Source of the DNA: Verrucomicrobiota bacterium
GTDB taxonomy: Bacteria > Verrucomicrobiota > Verrucomicrobiia > Methylacidiphilales > JBCBYL01
NCBI GenBank assembly: GCA_038748025.1
Contig: JBCDJI010000010.1
Span: forward strand, 69,453-133,452
Length of the DNA stretch: 64,000 bases
Reading direction: 5' to 3'
A program made the position numbers and the translations under genes. How positions within the stretch are numbered: position 1 is the first letter of the stretch; the number at the start of each line of letters is the position of its first letter. Positions 47,747 to 57,031 of the stretch are shown here, piece after piece. The notes under the pieces were generated by a model. The model worked only from the letters and a program-made list of their open reading frames with translations. It was not told the DNA's origin and did not search any database.

Positions 47747-48061
47747 ACATCTGTCATACCACAGCTAACGGTACACCGAGTCAAGGCTTTTTAAGTATAT
47801 ATGCATAGAAAGTGTTCTATTTTTCATGCATGGAATCGTTTAAGAAAAGTAAATTTGCTTCACGCTTATGTTTGTTTTAGCAGACTGGATTTTTTGTACT
47901 TGGCGGGCTATCAGATTTCACTAGTATTTTGCGCTTCTGCACCCTGCAGGGACAGAAACAAACGTTCGCACTGCGGATACAATAACAACAACCCTATTCC
48001 CTAGAAAGGGAAGTTCCGGCTCATTGAGCTATCGGAATCATAAAACAAAGGAAAGACGACC

Positions 48062-48904
48062 ATGGGCAAAATTGATGCCAAAACATTGTTGGAAGCCGGC
48101 GTCCACTTCGGACACCGAACAGATAAGTGGAACCCGAAAATGGCCCCATACATCTATGAAGCACGTAACGGGATTCACATCATTGATCTGAACAAAACGG
48201 TTGAACAGATTCATCGGGCAGAAGAATTTTTAAAAGGCGTTGCTGAAAAAGGTGGTCATGTTCTCTTTGTGGGAACCAAAAAGGCCGCCCAGGAAACGGT
48301 CAAAGAACTTGCCACCCGTTGCCAGTCCTACTACGTTTCCGAACGCTGGCTGGGAGGGATGCTCACCAACCTGAATACCATCCGCAAGAGTGTAAAGCGC
48401 ATGCAGGAGATTGACGAGATGGAAGCAAGCGGTGCATTCAAAGGTATGCCCAAGCAGGAAGTATCCGCCCTGCGCCGTGAATCTGCCAAGATCCACCGTA
48501 ACCTCGATGGAATCAAAGACATGCAAAAACAGCCGGATGCGGTTGTCATTGTAGATGTTCCGCGCGAAGATATCGCCCTGACTGAAGCCAGCAAGCTCAA
48601 GATTCCTGTCGTTGCCCTGACGGATACTAATGCAAAACCGGACGGTATCCAGATTCCGATTCCAGCCAATGACGACGCCATTCGTTCTGTCAGCACTATC
48701 CTCGATGTGCTCAGTGCTGCCGTTGCCGAAGGTAACGTGGTCGGTAGTAAAAAGCGTGCGGAAGAGCAGGCCAAATCAAAGAAGGCTAAAGCGAAAGCGG
48801 CTGCTGACCCGGAGCCCGCCCCGGATGCTCCGAAAGCCAAAGCCAAGCCCAGGGCTGCTACTCCAAAAGCGGCTGACAAGCCCGCCGCTAATGCTTCCGC
48901 TTGA
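48062..48904 (+). CDS. rpsB: 30S ribosomal protein S2 with Lys/Ala/Pro-rich C-terminal tail
   Basis: LLEAGVHFGH...WNPKM..YI...R.GIHIIDL. The tail from about residue 229 is KKRAEEQAKSKKAKAKAAADPEPAPDAPKAKAKPRAA... Confidence 0.95.
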   Translation: MGKIDAKTLLEAGVHFGHRTDKWNPKMAPYIYEARNGIHIIDLNKTVEQIHRAEEFLKGVAEKGGHVLFVGTKKAAQETVKELATRCQSYYVSERWLGGMLTNLNTIRKSVKRMQEIDEMEASGAFKGMPKQEVSALRRESAKIHRNLDGIKDMQKQPDAVVIVDVPREDIALTEASKLKIPVVALTDTNAKPDGIQIPIPANDDAIRSVSTILDVLSAAVAEGNVVGSKKRAEEQAKSKKAKAKAAADPEPAPDAPKAKAKPRAATPKAADKPAANASA

Positions 48905-48961
48905 TCCGGATCAAGCTATACCCCCTTTATTAATAAACTTATTTACAGGAAAAGATACCCC

Positions 48962-49549
48962 ATGAGTGTTGATGCAAAACTCGTAAAAGAACTCCGCGAT
49001 AAAACCAACGCGGGAATGATGGACTGCAAAAAGGCTTTATCAGAAGCCAAAGGTGACCTGGAAGCCGCAGAAATGATTCTGCGAAAAAAGCTCGGTCTGA
49101 GCGCCTCCAAAAAAGCCGGTCGTGACGCTAAGGAGGGAATCATCTCCAGCTATATTCATATGGGCGGAAAGGTCGGCGTGCTGCTGGAAGTGAATTGTGA
49201 AACCGATTTCGTGGCAAAGAACGAAAACTTCCGCGATTTTGTAAAAGACATTACCCTGCAAATTGCTGCGGCTAATCCGTTATATGTCCGCCGAGATGAA
49301 GTTCCTGAAGAAATGATTGCCAGGGAGCGCGAAGTGGCCGCTGACCAGGTCAAAGATAAACCCGAAAACGTCATCGAAAAAATCGTCGCAGGCAAAGTCG
49401 ACAAATTCCTGGCAGGTATCTGTCTGTTGGAGCAGGGATACATCAAGGACCAGAACATGACCATGGAAGATGTGATTAAGGAAAAAATCGGCGAGCTGGG
49501 TGAAAATATCGTCATCCGCCGATTTACCCGCTATTCCGTGGGCGAATAA
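48962..49549 (+). CDS. tsf: Translation elongation factor Ts (short form, 195 aa)
   Basis: LVKELRDKTNAGMMDCKKAL (UBA-like N-terminus) and EVNCETDFVAKNE. Confidence 0.9.
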   Translation: MSVDAKLVKELRDKTNAGMMDCKKALSEAKGDLEAAEMILRKKLGLSASKKAGRDAKEGIISSYIHMGGKVGVLLEVNCETDFVAKNENFRDFVKDITLQIAAANPLYVRRDEVPEEMIAREREVAADQVKDKPENVIEKIVAGKVDKFLAGICLLEQGYIKDQNMTMEDVIKEKIGELGENIVIRRFTRYSVGE

Positions 49550-49551
49550 GT

Positions 49552-49666
49552 TGGCTCATTGCTATTGGCTTATGGCTGATAGCTAAAAACTTTGAAACCC
49601 TTTTCTGATTTTTCAGGAAAGGGGTTTTCGTGTCCCATGAACTACGAGCCATGAGCCATTAGCTAA
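49552..49666. repeat. Inverted arrays of contiguous heptamers (T[G/A]GCTNA, period 7) flanking the tsf/purF terminator
   Basis: The left array is TGGCTCA TTGCTAT TGGCTTA TGGCTGA TAGCTAA (49552..49586). The right array is GAGCCAT GAGCCAT TAGCTAA (49646..49666). Confidence 0.6.
49594..49629. terminator. Imperfect hairpin between convergent tsf and purF (likely bidirectional terminator)
   Basis: GAAACCCTTTTCTGatttttCAGGAAAGGGGTTTTC, with A/T runs on both sides. Confidence 0.5.
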
Positions 49667-49681
49667 TTCCGCAGTGCGGAA

Positions 49682-51601
49682 TTAATAGCTCCTGCCGCTG
49701 GAGTCTGACTCTTCGTAGTAATTGATGAAAGCCTTGTTCAAAACCCGGTAACCGCCGGGAGTCGGATAATTTCCGGTGAAAAACCAGTCGCCCTCGTGCT
49801 CGGGCAGCGCTTCGTGCAGCGCATCGATGGTCTGGTAAATGACCTGCACCTGGCCCTTCCAGCGATTGTTCTCGGGGGTGACCAGTTTGGCAATGCGATC
49901 AGAAAGCTCCTCCTGTGAAAATCGCTCATAGATCCGGCGCACATGATTCTTGAGCTCCGTGTCCGGCCTGTCTTCCTGCTGAATGCAGTCCTGATAGACC
50001 TCACGGATCAACTCATGCTGACCACGTTCTTGGAGTAGATCGATCGCTGCCTGGAATGCAATGAATTTTCCTAATTGCGACATATCAATGCCATAGCAGT
50101 CTGGATAACGGATCTGTGGCGCCGTCGAGGCGATGACAATTTTCCGGGGGTTCAGGCGGGAAAGAATATTGATGACAGATCGCTTCAGCGTTGTTCCGCG
50201 CACGATCGAATCATCTACGCATACCAGGTGATCTTCCGCGGTAATGACACCGTAAGTAATATCATAGACGTGAGAAGCCATCTGATTGCGGTCTGACTCC
50301 TGGCTGATAAATGTACGGAGTTTAATGTCCTTATGCGCCACCTTTTCAGCCCGCGGCCACCCTTTGATAATGAGACTATCGAGTAATTCATCAGATAGCT
50401 CACCTTTATCCCGGGCATCTCTGATGATATCCCGCACCTGTAACCTGCGATTCAGACGCAATGCCTCGAGCATCCCGAAATATGCTGTTTCGGCAGTGTT
50501 GGGAATAAAACTGAAAACGGTGTGATCCAGATCGTGGTTAACGGCCTCCATGACAGCAGGGCCCAGCAGAGCACCCAGGCGTTTGCGGTCTTTATAAATG
50601 TCACTGTCATTACCACGTGAGAAATATATCCGTTCGAAGGAACAGGATTTACGCGCCTGATGCGGCTTGAAGTCCTCATGGATCAATTCACCATTCTTTT
50701 TCACTACCATCACGGTGCCGGGCTCAACCTCCTGCACATCTCCCCGCTCCAGGTCGAATACCGTCCTGAGCGGCGCACGCTCACTGGCAAAGGCGATGAC
50801 CTCATCATTCATAAAATAGTGGAATGGTCGTATCGCCAGGGGATCACGAAAAGCAAAGGCATCACCATTTCCTACCGCTCCCGCAATGGCATAGCCGCCG
50901 TCCCATCCGACCGAAGCATCCCGGATAATCTTTACCAGGTCGATATTGTCACTGATCTTTTCTGCAATCTGAGCTCCGGAAAGGTCTGAGCCTTTGACAT
51001 CACGGTAGATGCGATCATGTTCCTGATCCAAATGGTAACCAATACCTTCCAGTAACGTCTGCGTATCCGTATCAAAGATCGGATGCTGCCCATGATCAAT
51101 CAGGTCCTGATTGAGTTCCGAATTATTGGTGATGTTAAAGTTTCCGGCCAGAATCAAGTTTTTCGTGGGCCAGTTGCTGCGGCGAAAATAAGGATGGCAG
51201 GCACTGATATTGTATCCACCCGACGTTCCGTAGCGTAAATGACCAAGTAAAATTTCAGCAGCAAAATCAAAATTTTCCTTAAGCGTCTGAGTGAACTCAG
51301 GATGGATAATTCCTTTTTTTACCTTCTTGTTGTACTCTTTAAACAACGTGCTGAAGATCCTATCCAGCGGATTACGCTTCATGTTCCGCTCACGGAAAAT
51401 ATAGGGGTGTCCGGCAGGAACATGGAGTTTGATGGAGGCCACTCCTGCACCATCCTGACCACGATTATGCTGCTTCTCCATCAATAAATACAGCTTGAAG
51501 AACCCCCACAAGGGCGAGTCGTATTTTTCGTAGTAATACGACAGCGGCTTTAGCAGGCGAACCATAGCCACGCCGCACTCGTGCTTCAGCGGATCACTCA
51601 T
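49682..51601 (-). CDS. purF: Amidophosphoribosyltransferase (long, ~640-aa class II glutamine amidotransferase form)
   Basis: The N-terminal nucleophile context is KHECGVAMV, followed by HLRYGTSG. The PRPP-binding loop is VCVDDSIVRGTT. Confidence 0.85.
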   Translation of the reverse strand: MSDPLKHECGVAMVRLLKPLSYYYEKYDSPLWGFFKLYLLMEKQHNRGQDGAGVASIKLHVPAGHPYIFRERNMKRNPLDRIFSTLFKEYNKKVKKGIIHPEFTQTLKENFDFAAEILLGHLRYGTSGGYNISACHPYFRRSNWPTKNLILAGNFNITNNSELNQDLIDHGQHPIFDTDTQTLLEGIGYHLDQEHDRIYRDVKGSDLSGAQIAEKISDNIDLVKIIRDASVGWDGGYAIAGAVGNGDAFAFRDPLAIRPFHYFMNDEVIAFASERAPLRTVFDLERGDVQEVEPGTVMVVKKNGELIHEDFKPHQARKSCSFERIYFSRGNDSDIYKDRKRLGALLGPAVMEAVNHDLDHTVFSFIPNTAETAYFGMLEALRLNRRLQVRDIIRDARDKGELSDELLDSLIIKGWPRAEKVAHKDIKLRTFISQESDRNQMASHVYDITYGVITAEDHLVCVDDSIVRGTTLKRSVINILSRLNPRKIVIASTAPQIRYPDCYGIDMSQLGKFIAFQAAIDLLQERGQHELIREVYQDCIQQEDRPDTELKNHVRRIYERFSQEELSDRIAKLVTPENNRWKGQVQVIYQTIDALHEALPEHEGDWFFTGNYPTPGGYRVLNKAFINYYEESDSSGRSY

Positions 51602-51657
51602 GTAGTGGGAAAAACATAGTTACGTTTTTGCCGCATACAATCCCCGAATAAAAGAAT

Positions 51658-52902
51658 CTATGTGCTGAGCAAATGATCTTCCCACTGGTGCTGCAGCCGG
51701 AATACTTTTTGCATAAAGTCCTGTTCCGTTGAAGGTAACAACGGGTCGTTTGCGTCCAGCGGTAACCGAATGGTCATCTTCTTCATATCCGTCTCACATT
51801 TTTCGAGATCAATGACGCCACCGTGATGATAAATCAGGAAGAACGCTCCCAGCAAGTGAACCCCGGGTTCAGAAGGTTTTTCGTTGTTAATATGAAACGG
51901 ATCAAAAAGCGGAATAATGTCATTTACTCCTGTCGTTGCAGACAGCCCATTCAGACTAATTGTCAGACAGTCGGCCTGTCTGGCCATTTCAAGCTGAAGC
52001 TTTTTACCCGTAGGCATAAAACAGACAGCATCTTTGAAAAGCATTTCAAACGCCTGATGTAACAATTTTTTATTTCCGGTCATCTGTAAATTCTCTTCCA
52101 GATCAGACAGGCTCAGATCAATGCCGGCTGCTTTCAGTTCTGAGGCTTTATTTTCAAGCGCAACCTTCAGCGCATCTGCCACATCAATGTTATCAGAAAA
52201 TTTTGTTTCCGTGATCGTGCTGTAACACTCTACTCCTTTGAGCATCTCTACAATCTGGCTCACCTGACTCTGGGCAGCCTCGTACAAGTCATGCCAGAAT
52301 GCCGGATCATTAATTTGAGCAGGGTTGCCTTCTGACTTAAGCTTTTCGGGAGCGAGATCTAAGAAGGCTCGCACGGCTGTCAGCGAATTGCGCACATGAT
52401 GACTGATCCCTGCGGATAAAACTCCCATACTCAAAACACGCTCGGTCAACACCGAACGGTGCATTGCTCCAATTTTTTCTCGCAGCAGGGCATTACGCTC
52501 TTTCTGGATAATATAAAATTCCAGTGCGCGCTTTACGGTAATTTCCAGATCCAGGTCTTCATATGGTTTGGAAAGATACTTATAAACTGCTCCATTGTTA
52601 ATGGCGGCTATGGTTGCATCCATATCCGCGTAAGCCGTAATTAAAATACGGATACAGTCCGGATAATTTTTGCGCACCGATTCCAGGAACTCTGTTCCGG
52701 ATATTTCCGGCATTCTCTGATCCGAGAGAATCACACCGATACGATCACCTTGCTCGGACAGAATCTTTTGTGCATCGGAAGCGCTGCTGGCGGTCAAGAC
52801 GTCAAACGTGGATTTAAAGTTTCTCTCAAAATACTTGAGTGTTAGTTCTTCATCATCTACCAGAAGCACTGCATATTCTTTATAATTGTAGAGAGCCTGC
52901 AT
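51658..52902 (-). CDS. Response regulator receiver fused to HisKA plus a degenerate (pseudo-)kinase domain
   Basis: The receiver has LLVDDEE...ILSDQRMPEISG...YLSKP (RpfG/PhcQ-like DQRMP class). The H-box is SAGISHHVRNSL. The C-terminal region lacks clear N/G1/G2 ATP-lid boxes. Confidence 0.7.
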   Translation of the reverse strand: MQALYNYKEYAVLLVDDEELTLKYFERNFKSTFDVLTASSASDAQKILSEQGDRIGVILSDQRMPEISGTEFLESVRKNYPDCIRILITAYADMDATIAAINNGAVYKYLSKPYEDLDLEITVKRALEFYIIQKERNALLREKIGAMHRSVLTERVLSMGVLSAGISHHVRNSLTAVRAFLDLAPEKLKSEGNPAQINDPAFWHDLYEAAQSQVSQIVEMLKGVECYSTITETKFSDNIDVADALKVALENKASELKAAGIDLSLSDLEENLQMTGNKKLLHQAFEMLFKDAVCFMPTGKKLQLEMARQADCLTISLNGLSATTGVNDIIPLFDPFHINNEKPSEPGVHLLGAFFLIYHHGGVIDLEKCETDMKKMTIRLPLDANDPLLPSTEQDFMQKVFRLQHQWEDHLLST

Positions 52903-52925
52903 AACTAATCTCTAACCATGCACGA

Positions 52926-55568
52926 CTATTTGGGAAATTCCATAATGAAAAGACATTTTTCTCCCGGAACGGATTCTACACGGATCGTTCCCGCGTGATT
53001 CAGAACAATACGATGACAAATACTCAGACCTAAACCTACCCCATGACCAACGGGTTTGGTCGTGAAAAAGGGGTCTAGCACCTGATCAACCTTTTCCGGC
53101 TCGATTCCTAACCCATTATCCTCCAAGAGGATCGTGATAGAATCGGCTTTTTCGCAGGAAGCAGCCACGCATATCCTGCCTTGCCAGTCAGATCCCTGTT
53201 GTGGCTGTTTATCTTTTAGACTGTCGATAGAGTTCTGCAGCATATTCAGTATCAGGTGAACCAACTGGTTGCGATTGGCTTTCAATTCAACCTGCCCAAC
53301 AGCACTGTAATCAAACTCAATCTTGTGCCCGACCAAATCGTGATTTACGAATCGTTCGCACTCGGCACAGATATCACCCAACAATAATGTTTCTATACTC
53401 TCCTGGTCGGGATGTGCAAAACGCTTGAGTCCGAACAAAATCGTTTTGGCCCGGTTTAACCCGATCGAAAGATCCTGTATAATTTCGGTGTAATCCTCAC
53501 TGTTCCTTTCCGTGGGCGTCAGGTTGTTCAGCGCTTTTACGGCACCCAGGCAAAAAGTGATCGGATTGTTCACTTCATGTAGCAAGCCGGCACTCAACTG
53601 CCCCAACGAACTGACTTTTGCCGACTGCACCAGTTGGGATTCCATCACTTTCAATTCCTCCAGGGCACGCTCTGCCTCTTCCTGTTTTTCCGCAGCAACC
53701 ATCTGTGCCTGGCGTAAGTGAATTAAATTAGCACAGCGGTTATGCAGCTCTTCAAAACCAAACGGCTTTGTCAGAAAATCAGTTGCTCCCGCAGAGAGTG
53801 CCTGAATTCGAGTTTTATGGTCGGCCCGCGCTGTCACCAGAATAATGGGGATGACTGCCGTGTGCAGATTATCTTTGAGTGACTGACATACTTCCACTCC
53901 GTCCAAATCCGGCATCATGTAGTCCAGCAGAATCAACTCGGGCAGGTGTTGTATCGCAAGCCTTACTGCTTCAGATCCTGTTTGTGCTTTAATGATATGA
54001 TATCGTTTTCCTAACTGATCCGCCAGATACTCCCGCATTTCCGGCTCATCATCTGCGACCAGAACCGTCGGTGCTTCGGATGCAACCTGCGCCTGCTCAC
54101 GGACCACAGGCTGATCCCATTCTACCGGCAGCGGCTCCGAATAATTCGGAGCTGGTGTTCTATATTCAGGCGGTTTTTTTGAATATCCTGTCTGAGTCTG
54201 CAGATCGGCTGCTGTCGGCAGGGGAAAGCGAACGCTGAAACAACTGCCTTGTCCCAGCGTGCTGCTGACACTTACGTCACCTCCATGTGCTGTTACCCAC
54301 TGTTTGACCAAAGCCAACCCCAGACCCGCACCCTGATGCTTACGAGTAGCTCCTCCGTCTCCCTGCCAGAACGGATCAAAAATGTGCGGCAGCTGTTCAC
54401 CGGAAATACCTGGACCATCGTCTTCCACACAAAACAGAATATGAGAGTCATCCTGTTCCACACTCAACTTCAGCGTTCCACCAATATCCATGAATTTCAA
54501 AGCATTGAAAATCAAGTTCAGGAGCACTTTTTCACATTTTGCAATATCTGCCAGAAACCAGATAGGCTCTGACGACAGACTGAGATCTATGGTGATCTTT
54601 TTCTTATCTGCGAACGATTTCACAGAACTCGCCAAGCCCTGCAGCAATAAGTTTCCATCTACACGGGTAGGAATAATCAGTGTCTGGTCTGCCTGTGATT
54701 TTGCCAGAGCTAACAGCTCATCAATCAGTTTTAGCAATCTGTCAGCATTGCGGTACATCACCTGAAAAATTTCAATTTCTGCTGCGGGTGTCGATTTGGC
54801 CTTTGCCTCCGCCAGCAACTGCTCGATCGGCGCCATAATCAACGTTAGTGGTGTCCTTAATTCGTGACTGATGTTAGCAAAAAACTGACTTCTGGCCCGG
54901 TCCATTTCATTAAGCTGGTAGTTCTTCTCTTCCAGCTGCCTGCGACTGGCATCCAGGGCCACTCGGTTTGTGTATTCCCGTTGCCGCAAGCGGTTCAGCA
55001 CGTAATTCCCGGTGACGGTTGTGATACCGGTCAGTACGATAAAATAGGTGTTATTAAAAAACAGAGCGTGATCTATTTTCCCATGTGCCAGGCAGGCCGC
55101 CAGATACATACTGGTTGTTGTGGCAAAAGCGATCATGCTCTCCCGGAAAGTTACTTGAGCCACCCAACAGACCGTCACCAGCACCAGGTTCAATCCTGCA
55201 TAATAAGGAGATGCTGCACCTTCCGATAAATAGATCATGAGTGAGATAAATGCAGTGGGAATGCAAAACCAGGCAAAGCTCAAATAACGGTAATATCGGC
55301 GACTGACCCTGGGGAACCAAAGCAGGCCCAGGCAACAGGCCGCCAGTAGACTGCTGATCAGGCGCAAAGATAAGAAAAGCCAAAAAAATTCCGGATAAAC
55401 AAAGTAGTCTAATGATGCACCAGCCGGCATGAGCACCATTACTAATACAGAGGCAATCCGGGAATTGGATATCTGGTCGCGGCGATGGTATGCCAGAAAT
55501 CGGAGGCGTGTTCGAAGTGTCAACTCAGGCGACTCACCGATTAATTTTTGTTTCAGTGCCTCCCACAT
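52926..55568 (-). CDS. Membrane hybrid sensor kinase with two transmitter modules (6-7 TM, HisKA-HATPase, REC, HisKA-HATPase)
   Basis: First H-box FFANISHELRTPL, with DDGPGI and GAGLGLALV. Receiver VLVADDE...LLDYMMPDLDG. Second H-box LSAGLLHEVNNPI, with MLQNSIDS, DNGLGI and GVGLGLS. Confidence 0.8.
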   Translation of the reverse strand: MWEALKQKLIGESPELTLRTRLRFLAYHRRDQISNSRIASVLVMVLMPAGASLDYFVYPEFFWLFLSLRLISSLLAACCLGLLWFPRVSRRYYRYLSFAWFCIPTAFISLMIYLSEGAASPYYAGLNLVLVTVCWVAQVTFRESMIAFATTTSMYLAACLAHGKIDHALFFNNTYFIVLTGITTVTGNYVLNRLRQREYTNRVALDASRRQLEEKNYQLNEMDRARSQFFANISHELRTPLTLIMAPIEQLLAEAKAKSTPAAEIEIFQVMYRNADRLLKLIDELLALAKSQADQTLIIPTRVDGNLLLQGLASSVKSFADKKKITIDLSLSSEPIWFLADIAKCEKVLLNLIFNALKFMDIGGTLKLSVEQDDSHILFCVEDDGPGISGEQLPHIFDPFWQGDGGATRKHQGAGLGLALVKQWVTAHGGDVSVSSTLGQGSCFSVRFPLPTAADLQTQTGYSKKPPEYRTPAPNYSEPLPVEWDQPVVREQAQVASEAPTVLVADDEPEMREYLADQLGKRYHIIKAQTGSEAVRLAIQHLPELILLDYMMPDLDGVEVCQSLKDNLHTAVIPIILVTARADHKTRIQALSAGATDFLTKPFGFEELHNRCANLIHLRQAQMVAAEKQEEAERALEELKVMESQLVQSAKVSSLGQLSAGLLHEVNNPITFCLGAVKALNNLTPTERNSEDYTEIIQDLSIGLNRAKTILFGLKRFAHPDQESIETLLLGDICAECERFVNHDLVGHKIEFDYSAVGQVELKANRNQLVHLILNMLQNSIDSLKDKQPQQGSDWQGRICVAASCEKADSITILLEDNGLGIEPEKVDQVLDPFFTTKPVGHGVGLGLSICHRIVLNHAGTIRVESVPGEKCLFIMEFPK

Positions 55569-55585
55569 AACACGAGAGCATCAAA

Positions 55586-56992
55586 TCAAGGCCGGCGCAC
55601 TTCCAGAAAAATATTGAATCCGGTATCATCGGCAATGATCTTGCAGTTTTCTGCTTTGGCATCGTCCGGTTTGAGTCTCATCAGGCCCTTTGAGTCGCGA
55701 TAGATCAGATGCCATTCCATCATATATTCCATCATTTTGATGGATGGATTTGATGATTCCACGTTAGTAACCACCAGTAGTCCGCCAGGTGCAACCATAC
55801 TGTATAAAATTTCGGTCAGCCTTTTCGCAACCCGGTCTGAAAGATAATCAAACAACCCTGCACAGTAAACGAAGTCAAATTTCTCGTCTGTTTTAGTTCC
55901 TGATTTATCTTTCAAAATCTGATGCACGGAACGCTGCATCGTGCGGATGGTGGTTTTCCGGGCATAACGCACTTTGAGTTCCTGCACAATCTCTGTCGTT
56001 GCATCGATCGTTTCCTTGTTAAAATCCAATAAAGTCAATTCGGCACGCTCACACAGATCGTCCTGTGAGAGAAATCTTTGCACTTCCTGGGCCGGTCCAC
56101 AGCCTAAATTGAACATCCGAACCGGACGGTGGAGTTTCATCATTCTGCGGGTTTCCTGATTCAAATAATCCGCGAGCATCGAGACGCGGTTGCGGTGTGC
56201 CTGCCCAGCTGGTAGTGCGAGAAAATTTAAATTCAATAATTTGGCAAACAAAGATGGCCCTTCAACCGGATCCCGCAGAAGCATGTTGACCATTTCGTAG
56301 TCACCTGCATATCCCAGTGGTTTGGTATAGGTTCTCCATAAAAATGGTGAGCATAAGACTAGCGGATGCAATAGCCGCCGAACATAAACACGATGTGCCG
56401 GTTCTATATCTTTTTCAACTCCGCCAGCCACTGACTCAAATCGGTCGAACAATTCCTGCACGGTTGGAACAATCAAGTCTGATAATTCTCGTATTACCTC
56501 CACTTCCCGGTTTTGAGTTTGCTGCTTATCCCGTTGCCGAAGTGAAAATTCCACCTGCTCCATCCACCGGTGCAGGTCTGTCAAAAATGTGTGCATATCC
56601 GCCACCAGTAACTTGAACTCCGGCACCACAATCTGCACTTTTTTCCATTCCTGAAAAAAATCCAGATATTCACTTTTAATTTGTAAAGGGCCGGAACTGG
56701 TTTCGAGTAGATCAATATCCAGCCAGTCTTCTTCCAGCGTAGCTTCACAAACCAACACGGTTCCCGTGTTGACCATAGCACTTACCACAGCCCGGCCGGA
56801 ATATGAGGCACGACTACGGATAAAGATCTGGAAATCAGCCAGCACCTCCGAGATCTGTAAGATGCTGAAGGGATTATATACTTCAAAGGAAACAACGTAG
56901 CGCGTCATTCTTAGACAAACACCGCGAACTGGAGAACCCTGGCTGTTTTTGCAGACGATAAAGCTTTCGTTGGTAATATCTTTATCTGCCAT
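55586..56992 (-). CDS. Class I SAM-dependent methyltransferase with ~230-aa N-terminal accessory region (PhcB-like candidate signal synthase)
   Basis: Motif I is VRMFNLGCGPAQE. Motif II is FDFVYCAGLFDYL. Motif III is PGGLLVVTN. The protein is 468 aa and embedded among REC/HK genes. Confidence 0.6.
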   Translation of the reverse strand: MADKDITNESFIVCKNSQGSPVRGVCLRMTRYVVSFEVYNPFSILQISEVLADFQIFIRSRASYSGRAVVSAMVNTGTVLVCEATLEEDWLDIDLLETSSGPLQIKSEYLDFFQEWKKVQIVVPEFKLLVADMHTFLTDLHRWMEQVEFSLRQRDKQQTQNREVEVIRELSDLIVPTVQELFDRFESVAGGVEKDIEPAHRVYVRRLLHPLVLCSPFLWRTYTKPLGYAGDYEMVNMLLRDPVEGPSLFAKLLNLNFLALPAGQAHRNRVSMLADYLNQETRRMMKLHRPVRMFNLGCGPAQEVQRFLSQDDLCERAELTLLDFNKETIDATTEIVQELKVRYARKTTIRTMQRSVHQILKDKSGTKTDEKFDFVYCAGLFDYLSDRVAKRLTEILYSMVAPGGLLVVTNVESSNPSIKMMEYMMEWHLIYRDSKGLMRLKPDDAKAENCKIIADDTGFNIFLEVRRP

Positions 56993-57031
56993 ACACCTTG
57001 ATCATGATTACAAAGAGGAATCTACGCTAAA

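Noticed and set aside
48331-48879. 182-aa Ala/Ser-rich ORF on the minus strand
   Set aside because: It is antisense to rpsB. It is a low-complexity shadow of the S2 gene and its Lys/Ala tail.
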